Source of the DNA: Candidatus Omnitrophota bacterium
Lineage (GTDB): Bacteria; Omnitrophota; Gorgyraeia; Gygaellales; Profunditerraquicolaceae
DNA length: 64,000 bases
Assembly: GCA_043812955.1 (NCBI GenBank)
Contig: JBDRLN010000061.1
Coordinates: 7,231-71,230, forward strand
Reading direction: 5' to 3'
Positions 20,149 through 30,344 of the stretch are shown piece by piece; positions within the stretch are counted from its first letter, which is position 1; each line of letters opens with the position of its first letter. Both the position numbers and the translations under genes were made by a program. The notes under the pieces were generated by a model. The model saw nothing but the letters and a program-made list of their open reading frames with translations, ran no database searches and was not told the DNA's origin.

Positions 20149-20516
20149 TATATGACTTCCGGGGCCAGGGAAATAATCTTAGTAAAATTCTTCTCGCGCA
20201 ATTCTTTGGCTACCGGGCCAAACACCCTTGTCCCCCTGGGATTCAACTGGGCGTCAATAATCACAATAGCATTACGGTCAAATCGTAGTATCGAACCATC
20301 AGCGCGCCGAATTGCCTCTTTAGTTCTGACTACTACCGCTTTAGCCACCTCTCCCTTTTTAACCACCGCGTCAGGAGATGATTCCTTAACACTGACATTA
20401 ATAATATCGCCGACCACGGCATTCATTGCGTTCTTTTTTCCCAATACTCCTATAAGGGAAGCCCTTTTTGCTCCGGTATTATCCGCTACGTCTAAAATAC
20501 TGCGCAATTGAATCAT
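20148..20516 (-). CDS. rplN: 50S ribosomal protein L14
   Basis: [24 protein letters not shown]. Confidence 0.98.
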   Translation of the reverse strand: MIQLRSILDVADNTGAKRASLIGVLGKKNAMNAVVGDIINVSVKESSPDAVVKKGEVAKAVVVRTKEAIRRADGSILRFDRNAIVIIDAQLNPRGTRVFGPVAKELREKNFTKIISLAPEVI

Positions 20517-20794
20517 TTTACCTCATCCTTTAATTCAACATTGGGTATCTTGAATTTTTTCAAGATCTCCAGGACCCGGAAACGTTTATCTTTAGATATA
20601 GGCCTGGTCTCTTCGATCTTAACCGTATCGCCTACCTTAGCCATATTATGCTCATCATGGGCCTTAAATTTATTAAACCGTTTCATGATCTTGCCGTACT
20701 TGGGATGCTTACTAAGATGCATAATCTTCACTATAACCGTTTTCATCATTTTGTCGCTGATAACCGTGCCTGTAAATTCTTTGCGCTTACCCAT
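20513..20794 (-). CDS. rpsQ: 30S ribosomal protein S17
   Basis: [23 protein letters not shown]. Confidence 0.97.
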   Translation of the reverse strand: MGKRKEFTGTVISDKMMKTVIVKIMHLSKHPKYGKIMKRFNKFKAHDEHNMAKVGDTVKIEETRPISKDKRFRVLEILKKFKIPNVELKDEVK

Positions 20795-20828
20795 TTATTT
20801 TCTCTTTCTTTCTTTTGAATAATCCGTA

Positions 20829-21014
20829 TTATTTCTTTTCGCTTAAAATTGTTTTTATCCTGACAATATCCCTTTTAATTAATGAGAACCTGTGCGGTTT
20901 TTCTACCTGGCCGCCGTAACGCTGTAGGTTCATCTTATACAAATCCTCTTTAAGGGTTTTTTCTTTATTTATTAATTCTTCTCTGGATAGATTACGCAGC
21001 TCTTGTATCTTCAC
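20829..21014 (-). CDS. rpmC: 50S ribosomal protein L29 (GTG start created by element)
   Basis: MKIQELR..KPH..KRDIVRIKT. Confidence 0.93.
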   Translation of the reverse strand: MKIQELRNLSREELINKEKTLKEDLYKMNLQRYGGQVEKPHRFSLIKRDIVRIKTILSEKK

Positions 21015-21087
21015 CCCGCACCTTCCTTTTTTTCATAATTCTAAAACAGTTTGCCTTAAGGAATCTAATCTTTTGGAAGGTGCGGGG
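21014..21087. mobile_element. MITE-like CCCCGCACC element inserted at rpmC start
   Basis: 13-bp inverted ends CCCCGCACCTTCC/GGAAGGTGCGGGG; TTCA direct repeats at 21010-21013 and 21088-21091. Confidence 0.8.
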
Positions 21088-21110
21088 TTCATCCAGCACC
21101 TTCCTACTTA

Positions 21111-21527
21111 TTATTTATGCGCCCTGGTTACAAATTTAGTTTTAAATGGTAATTTATAAGCTATTAACCTGAAACACCTGCGGGCATACTCTTCCGGAAT
21201 ACCGCTTAACTCAAATAGTATTCTGCCTCTTTTAATAACACATACCCAATGATCAATATCGCCTTTGCCTTTACCCATACGTACTTCTGCCGGTTTTTTG
21301 GTTATAGATTTATCCGGAAAAACCCTAATCCATAGCCTCCCGCCTTTATGTAATTGCCTGGTCAGAACTACCCGACAGGCCTCAATCGTATTGTTCTTAA
21401 GCCAGCCGTTAACTAAAACCTTTAATCCAAACTCACCAAATGCCAGCTCCGCACCCCTGGTGGCTATTCCCCGGCGCTGTCCTTTTTGCAACTTCCTATA
21501 TTTTACTCTTTTGGGCATTAAAGCCAT
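21111..21527 (-). CDS. rplP: 50S ribosomal protein L16
   Basis: [22 protein letters not shown]. Confidence 0.98.
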   Translation of the reverse strand: MALMPKRVKYRKLQKGQRRGIATRGAELAFGEFGLKVLVNGWLKNNTIEACRVVLTRQLHKGGRLWIRVFPDKSITKKPAEVRMGKGKGDIDHWVCVIKRGRILFELSGIPEEYARRCFRLIAYKLPFKTKFVTRAHK

Positions 21528-21556
21528 ATCAATCTCGCTTTTGGTTTGTTTTTATT

Positions 21557-22252
21557 TTAAATACTCGTTTTTTTATTTATTGCTGTATCGGCCGATATAC
21601 GCAAATCTCTGGCTGCCGCCTCTTTACCCAGAATATCGCCTTTATAAAGCCAAACCTTCACTCCGATCAAACCATAAGTAGTAAAGGCCTCGGAAAATCC
21701 ATAATCAATATCCGCGCGTAAAGTATGCAGGGGAACCTTGCCCTGCTTATAAGTCTCAGTCCGGCACATCTCAGCGCCGTTTAACCTTCCGGCAGTGGAT
21801 ATCTTTACGCCTTTAGCCCCCGCGGACATGGTTTGTTCAATCGCCCTTTTTACCGCCCTGCGGAAAGCCACCCTTTTCTCTAGCTGCATTGTAATATTCT
21901 CAGATACCAGCTGGGCATCCATAGCCGCATTTTTGATCTCCTCTATATCTATAGAGATCTCGCGTTTAACCATACTGTTAATATCTTCCCTTAATTTTTC
22001 AATATCTGCGCCATGGCGGCCGATGATTATACCCGGCCTGGCTGACTGAATCCTAATCTTAACCTTTTCAGTCAACCTCTCAATTATTACTCTGGCAACT
22101 GCCGCTTGTTTAAACTTAGTTTTAATGAATTTACGGATGTTAAAATCCTCAAACACAAACTTAGCATAATCCTTTTTTCCGGCGAACCAGCGGCTATGCC
22201 AATTTTTAGTGAAACCTATCCTTAATAACAGCGGGCTGCATTTCCTTCCCAT
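21557..22252 (-). CDS. rpsC: 30S ribosomal protein S3
   Basis: [25 protein letters not shown]. Confidence 0.98.
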   Translation of the reverse strand: MGRKCSPLLLRIGFTKNWHSRWFAGKKDYAKFVFEDFNIRKFIKTKFKQAAVARVIIERLTEKVKIRIQSARPGIIIGRHGADIEKLREDINSMVKREISIDIEEIKNAAMDAQLVSENITMQLEKRVAFRRAVKRAIEQTMSAGAKGVKISTAGRLNGAEMCRTETYKQGKVPLHTLRADIDYGFSEAFTTYGLIGVKVWLYKGDILGKEAAARDLRISADTAINKKTSI

Positions 22253-22256
22253 TATT

Positions 22257-22589
22257 TTATCCTTTCAAATCCAGCTCAATTTTAACGTGACAAGTTCTTC
22301 TCTTTATCGGTGTAGCCCTGCCGAATGCCGCGGCCTTATACCTCTTCCAAGCCGGCCCGACATTACAAATAATCATGGATATATATAATTGCCGCGCCTC
22401 GAAACCCTTTATTTTTGCATTAGCGATAGCGCTACGCAATACTTTTATTAAACTTTCTTTAGGTCTTTTATTTAAATTAACCAAGATCGCCTCCGCTTCC
22501 TGAACATCCTTATTCCGGATTAAATTCATGACTTCGCGCATCTTGGGTGGCGAAATTTTTATATGCTTATTTTCAGCTTTTACAATCAT
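22257..22589 (-). CDS. rplV: 50S ribosomal protein L22
   Basis: SPPKMR, SAIANA, GRA; position in S10 operon. Confidence 0.93.
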   Translation of the reverse strand: MIVKAENKHIKISPPKMREVMNLIRNKDVQEAEAILVNLNKRPKESLIKVLRSAIANAKIKGFEARQLYISMIICNVGPAWKRYKAAAFGRATPIKRRTCHVKIELDLKG

Positions 22590-22597
22590 TTGATTAT

Positions 22598-22726
22598 TAG
22601 ATAGTAGTTAGTAGGCAATATGTAGGAATAACCTAATCCCTTTTTTGCTACTTACATTGTTATTTATTTTTTTTAGTAGGCTTCTTTGGGATACCCTAAT
22701 CCCTACCTACTACATGCTACATACTG
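22598..22726. repeat. Inverted heptamer array, CTACCTA/CTACATA family
   Basis: TAGTAGG units facing CCTAATCCCTACCTACTACATGCTACATACT. Confidence 0.7.
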
Positions 22727-22729
22727 TTT

Positions 22730-23017
22730 TTAGGTCTTTTCGGCCGCCTTCTTGGCCTTGACACCGCCGTGCTTTCTGAATATCCGGCTGAAAGAAAACT
22801 CCCCTAATTTATGCCCAACCATATTCTCAGTCACAAATACCGGGATATGTTTTCTCCCGTCATATACCGCAAAGGTAAATCCCACAAAATCCGGTATGAT
22901 CGTTGAACGCCTGGACCAGGTCTTAATTGCCTGGCGTCCGCCGGAAATACGCATCCGGTCAACTTTTTTAATCAACTTCTCTTCTACAAACGGTCCTTTT
23001 TTTAATGAGCGCGGCAT
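22730..23017 (-). CDS. rpsS: 30S ribosomal protein S19
   Basis: [25 protein letters not shown]. Confidence 0.98.
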   Translation of the reverse strand: MPRSLKKGPFVEEKLIKKVDRMRISGGRQAIKTWSRRSTIIPDFVGFTFAVYDGRKHIPVFVTENMVGHKLGEFSFSRIFRKHGGVKAKKAAEKT

Positions 23018-23023
23018 AGGCCT

Positions 23024-23857
23024 TTATCCTCTCCTTTTAATAATAAATTTATTGGAATATTTAGTCCGGTTGCGCGTCCGGTAACCTTTGGTCGGTTTGC
23101 CCCAAGGAGTTACGGGATGAGGATTACCCTGTCCCGACTTTCCTTCACCGCCGCCGTGCGGATGGTCTACCGGGTTCATCGCTAAACCTCTTACCCTAGG
23201 CATAAAACCTAACCAGCGGTTCCTTCCGGCCTTGCCGATATTAATCGCTCCATTTTCAATATTGCCTAACTGGCCTATTGTGGCATGGCAATCCAAATAA
23301 ATTAATCTTACCTCTCCTGAAGGAAGCTTTAAATGGGCACACGCGCCTTCTTTAGCCATAATCTGAGCGGATGTTCCCGCGCTTCTAACAATCTGCCCGC
23401 CCTTACCAGCAGTTAATTCGATATTATGGATCATTGTTCCTTGAGGAATATGCCTTAAGATCAGACAATTACCCACCTTGATTTCAGCCGACTTCTGATT
23501 AGAAGTAATAACTTCATCCCCGACTTTTAAACCAATAGGCGCCAGTATATATCTCTTTTCTTTATTCGGATATTCAACTAAAGCGATCCTGGCTGTCCGG
23601 TTAGGGTCATATTCAATAGCCAAAACCTTGGCCGGTGTATCCAGTATATTCCTTTTAAAATCAATTAACCTAAGCATCCGCTTATGCCCGCCGCCGCGCC
23701 ATCTGGCGGTAACCCGACCGTAATTATTCCTGCCACCGGTTTTCTTGATCGGCGTGATTAGGGATTTTTCCGGCTCGGTCTTGGTAATATCAGAAAAATC
23801 ATGGCCGTTCATAAAACGTCTTGAAGGTGTGGTTGGTCTGTATTTTTTTATTCCCAT
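23024..23857 (-). CDS. rplB: 50S ribosomal protein L2
   Basis: [30 protein letters not shown]; start reset to 23857. Confidence 0.97.
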   Translation of the reverse strand: MGIKKYRPTTPSRRFMNGHDFSDITKTEPEKSLITPIKKTGGRNNYGRVTARWRGGGHKRMLRLIDFKRNILDTPAKVLAIEYDPNRTARIALVEYPNKEKRYILAPIGLKVGDEVITSNQKSAEIKVGNCLILRHIPQGTMIHNIELTAGKGGQIVRSAGTSAQIMAKEGACAHLKLPSGEVRLIYLDCHATIGQLGNIENGAINIGKAGRNRWLGFMPRVRGLAMNPVDHPHGGGEGKSGQGNPHPVTPWGKPTKGYRTRNRTKYSNKFIIKRRG

Positions 23858-23866
23858 GTTTTGTCT

Positions 23867-23933
23867 CGGTTTGCGGTTTGCGGCTTTCGGGTTTCGGCCT
23901 AAAACTTTTCCCGTACACCGAACACCGATAACC
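23867..23933. repeat. Inverted heptamer array, CGGTTT family
   Basis: CGGTTTG CGGTTTG CGGCTTT CGGGTTT facing CCGTACA CCGAACA CCGATAA. Confidence 0.8.
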
Positions 23934-23939
23934 AATTGT

Positions 23940-24218
23940 CTATGCGATTTCTATCTTTTGGCCCTTCTTTAGGGTAACTATCGCTTTTTTAAAATCAGGC
24001 TTCTTCCCATACTGATGCCTGACCCGGGTCAACTTTCCCGGGGATATAATCGTATTTACGCATTTAACTTTTACTTTATAAATCTCTTCTACCGCGTGTT
24101 TAATCTGAATCTTATTACCCGCTTTATCCACCAGAAAGAGGTATTTTCCGCCGGGTTCCTGCAAACTTGATTTTTCAGTCCTGATCAAAGCCTTGATTAT
24201 ATCATAAGAAGATATCAT
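23940..24218 (-). CDS. rplW: 50S ribosomal protein L23
   Basis: TEKS, NKIQIK, KKAIVTL. Confidence 0.96.
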   Translation of the reverse strand: MISSYDIIKALIRTEKSSLQEPGGKYLFLVDKAGNKIQIKHAVEEIYKVKVKCVNTIISPGKLTRVRHQYGKKPDFKKAIVTLKKGQKIEIA

Positions 24219-24850
24219 TTATTGACCCTCTCTATTAATTCCTTAAGACCCTCCCTAGTAATGATTATTTTATCGGCATTCAGGATCTGATAAGTATTGG
24301 TGTTCCTGATCAAATCCAAAATCAAAGAATCTATATTATTAAACGCCATCTTTAATTCTTTATCTATTTTGTTTAATAAAATCAGAATTTTTACATCCGC
24401 TGATTTTAGCTTTAAATTCGTCAAAATCTTTGCTGCTTCCTTAGTCTTGGGCCCCTTAATTTTTAAATCATCCAGCAGCACTAAGCTATTTTCTTTAATC
24501 TTAGCTCCCACTACCGATTTTAAAGCGACTCTCCTAATTTTATCCGGAAGGGTATAAGAAAAATCCCTCGGGTGGGGCCCAAACACTACGCCGCCGTGAC
24601 GCCAGAGAGGCGAACGTATCGAACCTACCCTGGCCCGGCCGGTTCCTTTTTGTTTCCAGGGTTTCCTTCCGCCGCCGGAAACTTCACCTCTGGTTTTAGT
24701 CGAAGCCAGACCCTTGCGTTGATTTGCCAGGTAGCACTTAACCACCTGATGAATAGCGCCTTCGCTATTGCCTTCATTAAAAATTGAATCGTCCAAAGTA
24801 AACGTTTCAATTTCTTTTCCTTCAACATTATATACGGGTAGATTCATCAT
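24215..24850 (-). CDS. rplD: 50S ribosomal protein L4
   Basis: GGGRKPWKQKGTGRAR. Confidence 0.97.
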   Translation of the reverse strand: MMNLPVYNVEGKEIETFTLDDSIFNEGNSEGAIHQVVKCYLANQRKGLASTKTRGEVSGGGRKPWKQKGTGRARVGSIRSPLWRHGGVVFGPHPRDFSYTLPDKIRRVALKSVVGAKIKENSLVLLDDLKIKGPKTKEAAKILTNLKLKSADVKILILLNKIDKELKMAFNNIDSLILDLIRNTNTYQILNADKIIITREGLKELIERVNK

Positions 24851-25515
24851 TTCTTTTTAGCTAGTTGTTTTGCTGTTTTTAAAGGAACTACAGGCGTAAC
24901 TTTTACCTTCTTCTTTATGGCGGTTTTGATTAACAAATAATTATCGTTATTCCCCGGCACAGCCCCTTTTATCGCCAATATATTGTTTTGCGCATCTACC
25001 TTGATTATCTCCAGGTTCTGGACTGTAGCCTTACGCATACCCATATGGCCGGGAAGATGATGGCCTTTCCATACCCTTCCCGGAGTAGTCGAAGAGCCCA
25101 TTGATCCTACCCGGCGATGAGAAGTTGAACCATGAGTCATCGGTCCTCCTTGCCAATGCCAGCGTTTCATTCCACCCTGAAAACCCTTGCCAATGCTAAT
25201 TCCAGACACATCCACAAAATCACCCGGCTTAAATATGTCTGCTTTTAATTCGTCTCCGACTTTATATTCTTTACCCGAATCCTTTTTAATATCGCGGATT
25301 AGCTTTTGGCAGACGATATTTAATTTCTTAAAATATCCGGATTGGGGTTTCTTAAGTTTTTTTTCGTTGATGACATCAAAACCCACCTGCAGGGATTTAT
25401 CCCTAACCGCTAAAACTGGACATGGCCCCGCTTCCACAACCGTGACCGGAACCATTACTCCCTCTTCGGTATAGATGTGCGTCATTCCAACTTTTTTTCC
25501 TAGTATGCTAATCAT
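24847..25515 (-). CDS. rplC: 50S ribosomal protein L3
   Basis: GKKVGMT, GKGFQGG, KGAVPG. Confidence 0.97.
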   Translation of the reverse strand: MISILGKKVGMTHIYTEEGVMVPVTVVEAGPCPVLAVRDKSLQVGFDVINEKKLKKPQSGYFKKLNIVCQKLIRDIKKDSGKEYKVGDELKADIFKPGDFVDVSGISIGKGFQGGMKRWHWQGGPMTHGSTSHRRVGSMGSSTTPGRVWKGHHLPGHMGMRKATVQNLEIIKVDAQNNILAIKGAVPGNNDNYLLIKTAIKKKVKVTPVVPLKTAKQLAKKK

Positions 25516-25525
25516 TTTATCCAAT

Positions 25526-25588
25526 CAGTATAGGGAAAGAGTAATTGGTGATCTTTTATATTATCACTTAACTCTTATCCCTTAACAC
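25526..25588. repeat. Inverted heptamer array
   Basis: TAGGGAA AGAGTAA TTGGTGA facing TATCACT TAACTCT TATCCCT TAACACT. Confidence 0.65.
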
Positions 25589-25888
25589 TTACTTTATTTC
25601 TACATCCACTCCAGCCGGAAGATTCAACTTCCTCAAGGCATCAATGGTCTTGGATGTCGGTTCATAGATATCGATAAGCCGTTTGTGCGTGGATATCTGA
25701 AATTGCTCCCGCGACTTCTTATCAATAACCGGCCCACGCAAAACCGTATAAACCTCCCTTTTAGTAGGAAGCGGCAAAGGCCCGCAGATAGAAGCCCCTG
25801 TACGTTTTACAGTATCCACTATCTCCTCTGTCGCCTGATCTAATAGGCGGTGGTCATAAGCCTTTAATTTTATCCTGATTTTCTGCAT
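25589..25888 (-). CDS. rpsJ: 30S ribosomal protein S10
   Basis: [22 protein letters not shown]. Confidence 0.98.
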   Translation of the reverse strand: MQKIRIKLKAYDHRLLDQATEEIVDTVKRTGASICGPLPLPTKREVYTVLRGPVIDKKSREQFQISTHKRLIDIYEPTSKTIDALRKLNLPAGVDVEIK

Positions 25889-25902
25889 ATTAATTTAGTC
25901 AG

Positions 25903-27108
25903 TTATGCTATAACCTCAATAACAACACCCGCTCCAACTGTACGCCCGCCTTCACGGATTGCAAAACGGGATTCCTTTTCCATAGCAACAGGCTGAATCA
26001 GCTCGACCTCCAAAACCACATTATCCCCGGGCATAACCATCTCCACTCCCTCAGGAAGTTTTGACGATCCGGTGACATCGGTGGTTCGGAAATAAAACTG
26101 CGGCCGGTATCCCGAGAAAAAAGGAGTATGCCTTCCGCCTTCTTCTTTGGTTAAAACGTAAACCTGGGACTTAAATTTGGTATGGGGAGTAATGGATTTG
26201 GGGGCAGCAATAACCATACCGCGCTCAATATCATTCTTATCCACACCTCTTAAAAGCAGGCCTACATTATCCCCGGCCTGGCCTTCTTCCAGAAGCTTAC
26301 GAAACATTTCAATACCCGTAACCACTGTTTTCTTGATCTCTGGTTTTAACCCGATTATCTCTACTTCATCATTGAGTTTGACTTTACCGCGTTCGATCCT
26401 GCCGGTGCCTACTGTCCCTCTTCCTTCGATAGTAAATACATCTTCAACCGCCATCAAAAGGGGCTTATCCAGCTCTCTAACCGGTAAAGGTATAAACTCA
26501 TCACAAGCCTTCAACAAATCCATAATCGGTTTAATATCCGGGCTATTCGGATCGCCGGCTGCCTGCATTGCCTTTAATGAACTACCTCTGATGATCGGAG
26601 TTTTATCCCCTGGATAACCGTACTTGGTCAGAAGGTCTCTTACCTCCATCTCCACCAGGTCAACTAATTCCGGATCAGTAACCAAATCTACTTTATTTAA
26701 AAACACTACCATTGACGGCACATTGACCTGACGGGCCAAAAGGATATGCTCCCTGGTCTGAGGCATCGGGCCATCAACGGCTGAAACTACCAGTATCGCC
26801 CCGTCCATCTGGGCGGCTCCGGTAATCATATTCTTGATATAATCAGCATGGCCTGGGCAGTCAATATGGGCATAGTGGCGATTGTCGGTTTCATATTCCA
26901 CGTGGGCAACCGAAATAGTAACTACCTTGGTCTCATCTCTTACTGTGCCACCCTTAGCGATATCCGCGTAATCACGGGCAGTAGCCTTACCTAACTTGGC
27001 CAATACATGGGTAATAGCCGCAGTCAGAGTAGTCTTGCCGTGATCGATGTGGCCGATTGTTCCAATGTTTGCGTGAGGTTTATTCCTTACAAATTTTTCT
27101 TTAGCCAT
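25903..27108 (-). CDS. tuf: Elongation factor Tu
   Basis: [28 protein letters not shown]. Confidence 0.99.
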   Translation of the reverse strand: MAKEKFVRNKPHANIGTIGHIDHGKTTLTAAITHVLAKLGKATARDYADIAKGGTVRDETKVVTISVAHVEYETDNRHYAHIDCPGHADYIKNMITGAAQMDGAILVVSAVDGPMPQTREHILLARQVNVPSMVVFLNKVDLVTDPELVDLVEMEVRDLLTKYGYPGDKTPIIRGSSLKAMQAAGDPNSPDIKPIMDLLKACDEFIPLPVRELDKPLLMAVEDVFTIEGRGTVGTGRIERGKVKLNDEVEIIGLKPEIKKTVVTGIEMFRKLLEEGQAGDNVGLLLRGVDKNDIERGMVIAAPKSITPHTKFKSQVYVLTKEEGGRHTPFFSGYRPQFYFRTTDVTGSSKLPEGVEMVMPGDNVVLEVELIQPVAMEKESRFAIREGGRTVGAGVVIEVIA

Positions 27109-27135
27109 TACGTCACCTCCTGATTTTAATAAGGC

Positions 27136-29232
27136 TTAACGTTGTTTTTGTCCTGAAGAGGCAAAACCCGATATAATTTTTTCAGATATATATAAAGGCA
27201 CCTCAGTGTAGTATGAGGGCTCCATTGTATAAGACGCGCGGCCCTGAGTCAAAGACCTGGATACCGTAGCGTAATTAAATATTTCAGCCAGGGGGACAAA
27301 TGTCTTGATCGCCCGGACATTAGCCCTGGGGTTGATCGAGACTATCTTGGCCCGACGAGAGCTTAAATCACCGATTATCACCCCCATAAATTCTTCAGGA
27401 ACAATTATCTCCATATTCATGATCGGCTCTAATAATACCGGATGGGCCTTGCGCATGCCGTCGGATAAAGCGATACTGGCAGCCATTTTAAAAGCCATTT
27501 CCGAGGAATCTACTTCATGAAACGATCCATCCACTAGTATAACCTTAACATCGGTAACCGGGTAATTAGCTAATACCCCGCTCTTGGCCCGGTCAAAAAT
27601 ACCGTCTTTTACCGAAGGTATAAACTCCTGGGGGATCGCCCCGCCTTTTATTTTATTTTCAAATGTGATTCCGGCGCCCGGTGCCTCCTGAGGCTCTATC
27701 TCAATAACTACATGTCCGTATTGACCCCTGCCGCCGGATTGCTGGATAAATTTTCCGGTAGAGGTAACTTTCTTAGTAATAGTCTCCCGGTAGGCGACTT
27801 CCGGAAACCCGGTCTGGACTTGGACATTAAATTCCCTAAATATCCTATCGGCAATAATCTCCAGATGTAATTGCCCCATTCCTGATATTACAGTCTGCCC
27901 GGTTTCATGGTTATAATTTACCCTGAAAGACGGGTCCTCTTCTACTAATTTATGCAAAGCCATACCCAATTTTTCCTGGTCATTCTTGGTCTTAGGCTCG
28001 ATCGCCTGCTGAATCACTGGCTCAGGAAAACGCATCGCCTCAATTAATATTGGGTTAGACTCTTCACAAAGCGTATCACCGGTTTTAGTGTCTTTTAAAC
28101 CCACGGCAGCTACAATATCGCCGGCAAAAGCCGATTCGATTATCTCTTGGCGGTTAGCGTGCATTCTCAATAATTTAGTAATTCTTTCTTTTTCTCTTTT
28201 GGATGCGTTATAAATATATTTACCTGAATTTAAAGTCCCGGAGTATATCCGGATATAATTGAGTTTACCAACAAAGGGATCAGTAGCGACCTTAAAGCAG
28301 AACGCACAAAAAGGGGCTTTCTCGCTAACCAGGATCTCCTCGAATTCGCCAGTCTTAGGATTGGTCCCTTTGATCGGAGGAACATCCTTAGGAGACGGAA
28401 GGTAATCACCGACGGCATCCAAGAGCATCTGAACGCCTTTATTTCTGAATGAAGAACCACAAAGAACTGGAATAAATTTATTCAAAGACACCGTCCTACG
28501 GATCACTTCTTTAATTTTAAGCGTAGTAATTTCTTGCTGGTGAAGATAAATCTCCAACATCTCGTCATCAACTTCAGCCAACTTCTCAATCAATAGGTTG
28601 CGGTAATGCTGTGCATCTTTCTTCAATTCTTCGGGTATCTCCAAAACCTCAAATTCCTTGCCGGTCTCTTCTTTATAGACTATAAGCTTATTCTCAACCA
28701 GATCGACTAGACCGTTAAAATTCTCTGCCTGGCCAAAGGGAAGCTGAATAGCTGCAGCGTTTGCCCCTAACATTTTATGCATCTGGTTAATTGTTTCTAT
28801 GAAATTCGCGCCGGTTCGGTCCATCTTGTTGACAAATGCGATCCGGGGTACACCGTAACGATCAGCCTGACGCCAGACTGTCTCTGATTGGGGCTCTACC
28901 CCGCCTACTCCGCAAAATACTATAATGGCCCCGTCTAAAACCTTAAGCGACCTCTCCACTTCCACGGTAAAATCAACGTGTCCGGGAGTATCGATAATAC
29001 TGATATAAAAATCCTTCCATAAACAGGTAGTAGCGGCAGCGGTAATAGTGATACCCCTCTCCTGCTCCTGAGCCATCCAATCCATTGTCGCTGTGCCTTC
29101 ATTAACCTCGCCTATCTTATAGGTCCTGCCGGTATAATAAAGGATCCGCTCGGTAGTAGTCGTCTTACCAGCGTCGATATGGGCGATGATCCCGATATTC
29201 CTGATCCTGTCTAATGGTATATGTCTATTCAT
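27136..29232 (-). CDS. fusA: Elongation factor G
   Basis: [20 protein letters not shown]. Confidence 0.98.
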   Translation of the reverse strand: MNRHIPLDRIRNIGIIAHIDAGKTTTTERILYYTGRTYKIGEVNEGTATMDWMAQEQERGITITAAATTCLWKDFYISIIDTPGHVDFTVEVERSLKVLDGAIIVFCGVGGVEPQSETVWRQADRYGVPRIAFVNKMDRTGANFIETINQMHKMLGANAAAIQLPFGQAENFNGLVDLVENKLIVYKEETGKEFEVLEIPEELKKDAQHYRNLLIEKLAEVDDEMLEIYLHQQEITTLKIKEVIRRTVSLNKFIPVLCGSSFRNKGVQMLLDAVGDYLPSPKDVPPIKGTNPKTGEFEEILVSEKAPFCAFCFKVATDPFVGKLNYIRIYSGTLNSGKYIYNASKREKERITKLLRMHANRQEIIESAFAGDIVAAVGLKDTKTGDTLCEESNPILIEAMRFPEPVIQQAIEPKTKNDQEKLGMALHKLVEEDPSFRVNYNHETGQTVISGMGQLHLEIIADRIFREFNVQVQTGFPEVAYRETITKKVTSTGKFIQQSGGRGQYGHVVIEIEPQEAPGAGITFENKIKGGAIPQEFIPSVKDGIFDRAKSGVLANYPVTDVKVILVDGSFHEVDSSEMAFKMAASIALSDGMRKAHPVLLEPIMNMEIIVPEEFMGVIIGDLSSRRAKIVSINPRANVRAIKTFVPLAEIFNYATVSRSLTQGRASYTMEPSYYTEVPLYISEKIISGFASSGQKQR

Positions 29233-29240
29233 ATTTTTCC

Positions 29241-29313
29241 GGGACGGTTCTCAAACCAAAGCTAAAGTGTCCCTTTTTTGGGGACAGTTTAAGATCAGTT
29301 TCAGAACCGTCCC
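29241..29313. repeat. GGGACGGTTCT inverted-repeat element with nested GGGACA hairpin, copy A
   Basis: Near-identical to 55373-55451 except for inverted core. Confidence 0.9.
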
Positions 29314-29325
29314 TGCATTTAAAAT

Positions 29326-29796
29326 TTACCACCTAAAATGGGCAAAGGCCTTATTTGAATCTGCCATTTTATGTGTATCATCTCTCTTCTTAATCGCCGA
29401 ACCTTCTCCCTTATACGCTGACATGATCTCGTCGGCCAATTTCTCTTTCATGGTTTTACCTTTTTTATTCTTGGCAAAATCCCTTATCCAGCGTAAAGCG
29501 ATCGATGCCCCGCGGTCCTGCCTTACTTCGATCGGAACCTGATAAGTCGCTCCACCTACCCTACGGGGCTTTACTTCTAAGCGCGGCCGGACATTATCAA
29601 TAGCTTTATTAAAAACCTTTATCACATCTGGTTCATTAAGGTATTTTTTTACGGATTCAAATGCTCCGTAAACTATCCTTTCAGCCACCGATTTTTTACC
29701 TTCCAACATAACCATATTGATAAATTTACCAACTATCTTATTGTTATATTTGGGATCTGATAAAGTTTCTTTCTTGAATACCCTTTTTCTTCTCAT
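29326..29796 (-). CDS. rpsG: 30S ribosomal protein S7
   Basis: RRVGGATYQVP, NKAFAHFRW. Confidence 0.98.
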   Translation of the reverse strand: MRRKRVFKKETLSDPKYNNKIVGKFINMVMLEGKKSVAERIVYGAFESVKKYLNEPDVIKVFNKAIDNVRPRLEVKPRRVGGATYQVPIEVRQDRGASIALRWIRDFAKNKKGKTMKEKLADEIMSAYKGEGSAIKKRDDTHKMADSNKAFAHFRW

Positions 29797-29810
29797 TTAT
29801 TCTCTTTCCT

Positions 29811-29960
29811 GGTATAATCATCAGGTATAAATTTTGGGGATTATACCTGATTACTGAGATTAATAAAGATTGCAGCGATTAAACTTCTGTCTTTTATCTC
29901 TGTAATCTGCCTTTTAATCACTGTAATCAGACATCCTCATTACTTCTTATTACAGGATGT
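29811..29960 (-). mobile_element. Empty copy of the nonamer inverted-repeat element at rpsL stop
   Basis: Same ends as 16216-16478; AG direct repeats; removal gives GCC TAA GGAAAGAGAATAA ATG. Confidence 0.75.
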
Positions 29961-29961
29961 C

Positions 29962-30339
29962 TTAGGCTGCCTTCGGCATTTTTGCCCCGTATTTTGAACG
30001 GGATTTTTTACGGCTGTTCACTCCTGCCGCGTCCAGGGTCCCTCTAACTATATGATACCTTACCCCGGGAAGATCCTTTACCCTGCCGCCCCTTACTAAG
30101 ACTATAGAATGTTCCTGCAGATTATGCCCTTCTCCTGGTATATACGCAGTTACCTCAATACCTGTAGTCAACCTGACCCTAGCGATCTTTCTTAAGGCAG
30201 AATTGGGCTTCTTAGGAGTCATAGTCTTGACCTGAATACAAACACCTCTGCGCTGCGGACAAGCTTTTAAGGCCATAGATTTGGATTTCTTAATCTTAGA
30301 TCTACGGCTGAACCTGATTAACTGGGAAATTGTAGGCAT
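29962..30339 (-). CDS. rpsL: 30S ribosomal protein S12
   Basis: [22 protein letters not shown]. Confidence 0.99.
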   Translation of the reverse strand: MPTISQLIRFSRRSKIKKSKSMALKACPQRRGVCIQVKTMTPKKPNSALRKIARVRLTTGIEVTAYIPGEGHNLQEHSIVLVRGGRVKDLPGVRYHIVRGTLDAAGVNSRKKSRSKYGAKMPKAA

Positions 30340-30344
30340 AACTT

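Noticed and set aside
23858-23935. ORF-track N-terminal extensions of rplB (and likewise infA, rpsD, rplK, hisB)
   Set aside because: They run through repeats or the upstream gene; conserved N-termini and RBS positions support the shorter starts.
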